From Wallemia ichthyophaga EXF-994 (taxonomy: Eukaryota > Fungi > Basidiomycota), in the NCBI RefSeq assembly GCF_000400465.1, contig NW_008806285.1:270001-302000 (forward strand): DNA of 32,000 nucleotides, given 5' to 3'. Positions 30,657 through 32,000 of the stretch are shown here, one piece after another. The notes below the pieces were generated by a model. It had not been told where the DNA came from and made no database searches. It saw only the letters and a program-made list of their open reading frames with translations. Position 1 is the stretch's first letter. Every line of letters begins with the position of its first letter. The position numbers and the translations under genes are program-made.

Positions 30657-32000
30657 TTAAGCCTTCTTGGCTGCGTCTTCGTGCTGATCTGAAGCTTGAG
30701 AGAACCTCTCACCATCCTCAAATCTCTTGTCGACGTTCTCGCCATTCTCATCATGATATGTATCAAGCTTGGCCGACTCCATGACATCCCTCCTATTTTC
30801 ATAGCCAGGAGGTGTCCAAGCTCTGCTCTTCCATGGCTTCAAGCCATCGGTTGAGTACATTTCGTCTACTGCCTCAAGAGATAAACCGGCAGTCTCGTAG
30901 AGGAAGAAGTATACGAAGACTGACGCAAATAAGTTACAGCCAGCGAAGACGTAACCATAGGCGAAGCCAATGTCACCAGTGATGAATGGTGAGAAGAACC
31001 CGATGAGGAAGTTCCATACCCAGTTTGATGCGGTGGCAATGGATGCTTGTCTGGCTCTGGTTCTCATTGGGAACGTTTCACCAGTGATAATCCAGCAGGC
31101 TGGACCCCAAGTAGTTGCGTAACTGGCAATGAACAAGCAAGCTGAGACAATCATGAGATTACCCATGCCCTCGTTCTGATCTGGTGGGCGAGCAACACCG
31201 ACGGAGGCAAAAATGAAGAGCCAAATCTAAAGAGAGATTAGCAATGGCTAATGGTATCTATAAACTACTCACGGCTGTAGAAAAGTCAGTAATATTCAGG
31301 GAGGAAGATTTTCATGACTTACATTGCCAAAGACCACCCCAGAAGAGAGGACGACGACGTCCAAAGTTCTCTAAGACGTAAAGTGATGCGAATGTGCAAA
31401 CGAAGTTGACGGCACCGAGAATGATTTGTGTGATGAACGAATCTGAGAGACCGACCGATTGGAAGATAGTGGCACCGTAGTAGAAGAAGTAGTTGGCACC
31501 AGTCAGCTGTTGCAGACTTTGCATCATCATACCAAGAAGCGTTCTGTAGACCAACTTCTTCGAGCCATGGTGACCAATGAAACACTCCACCCAGGACTGC
31601 CAGAATGGAGACTCAACTTGTCTTTCAATTTCAATACGGCCAGAAATCTCTAGGAAGTCGTGCTCGACAACGGTTCTTTCAAAGTCTGTCTCAGCACCTC
31701 TAATTCTCTCGAGCGCATGTCTTGCCTGTTCAGGCTTGTTGTTCTTCATCAACCAACGGGGAGATTCTAGCGCATCGTTAGTAAGGAAGGGTTGAAAACA
31801 TAAGTATTCACCTGGTAAGAGCCAGATACCACAACCGAGAGTGCAAGTTAACACGAAACCGAGACCGATAATGATTCTCCAACTCGCGGCGCTCTCTAAT
31901 TGACGAGTACCAATGCAGAAGCAGTATGACAGTAGAATACCGAAGGTGATTGCCAGTTGGTAACAAGCGACAGCCGTACCTGTTAAATGTGGTAAGATGA
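30657..32000 (-). CDS. MFS sugar porter (hexose transporter), array copy 3, 5' part outside the window
   Basis: AVACYQLAITFG, PESPRW, QQLTGANYFFYYG, GRRRPL, WGPACWIITGETFP, SNWVWNFLIGFFSPFI and YETAGLSLE. More diverged from copies 1 and 2. Confidence 0.95.

Overview
Gene-dense, intron-rich fungal genomic DNA, probably a compact basidiomycete. Wallemia-like is my inference from the ~42-62 nt introns, GTGAGT/GTAAGT donors and tiny intergenic spacers; it is not proven. The window holds about 19 protein genes: an Ssd1/Dis3L2-family RNB protein (partial), G6PD, RPL36, Bfr1, an unrecognised 186-aa ORF, Rpf1, a Whi3-like RRM protein, Plp2, a REEP/HVA22 protein, Ddi1, a Reb1-like Myb protein, Grr1, Sar1, a Nup49-like FG nucleoporin, Qcr6, tubulin cofactor C and a tandem array of three hexose transporters (third partial). 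It also holds the U2 snRNA gene. The most striking signal is in splicing architecture, reconstructed by hand. A 2-nt micro-exon is conserved in position in all three transporter paralogues with a different sequence in each. QCR6 has consecutive 2-nt and 4-nt micro-exons, G6PD has a 10-nt exon, and SAR1 (AT|G) and probably RPL36 (A|TG) have start codons that exist only after splicing. The transporter array records its own history: decayed TBCC relics in both spacers, 100%-identical gene-conversion tracts, and one precise intron loss. The Ssd1-like protein keeps an intact RNase II catalytic motif alongside NDR-kinase consensus sites. All exon models are predictions from sequence and lack RNA evidence. 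No mobile element, CRISPR array, tRNA or rRNA was found.
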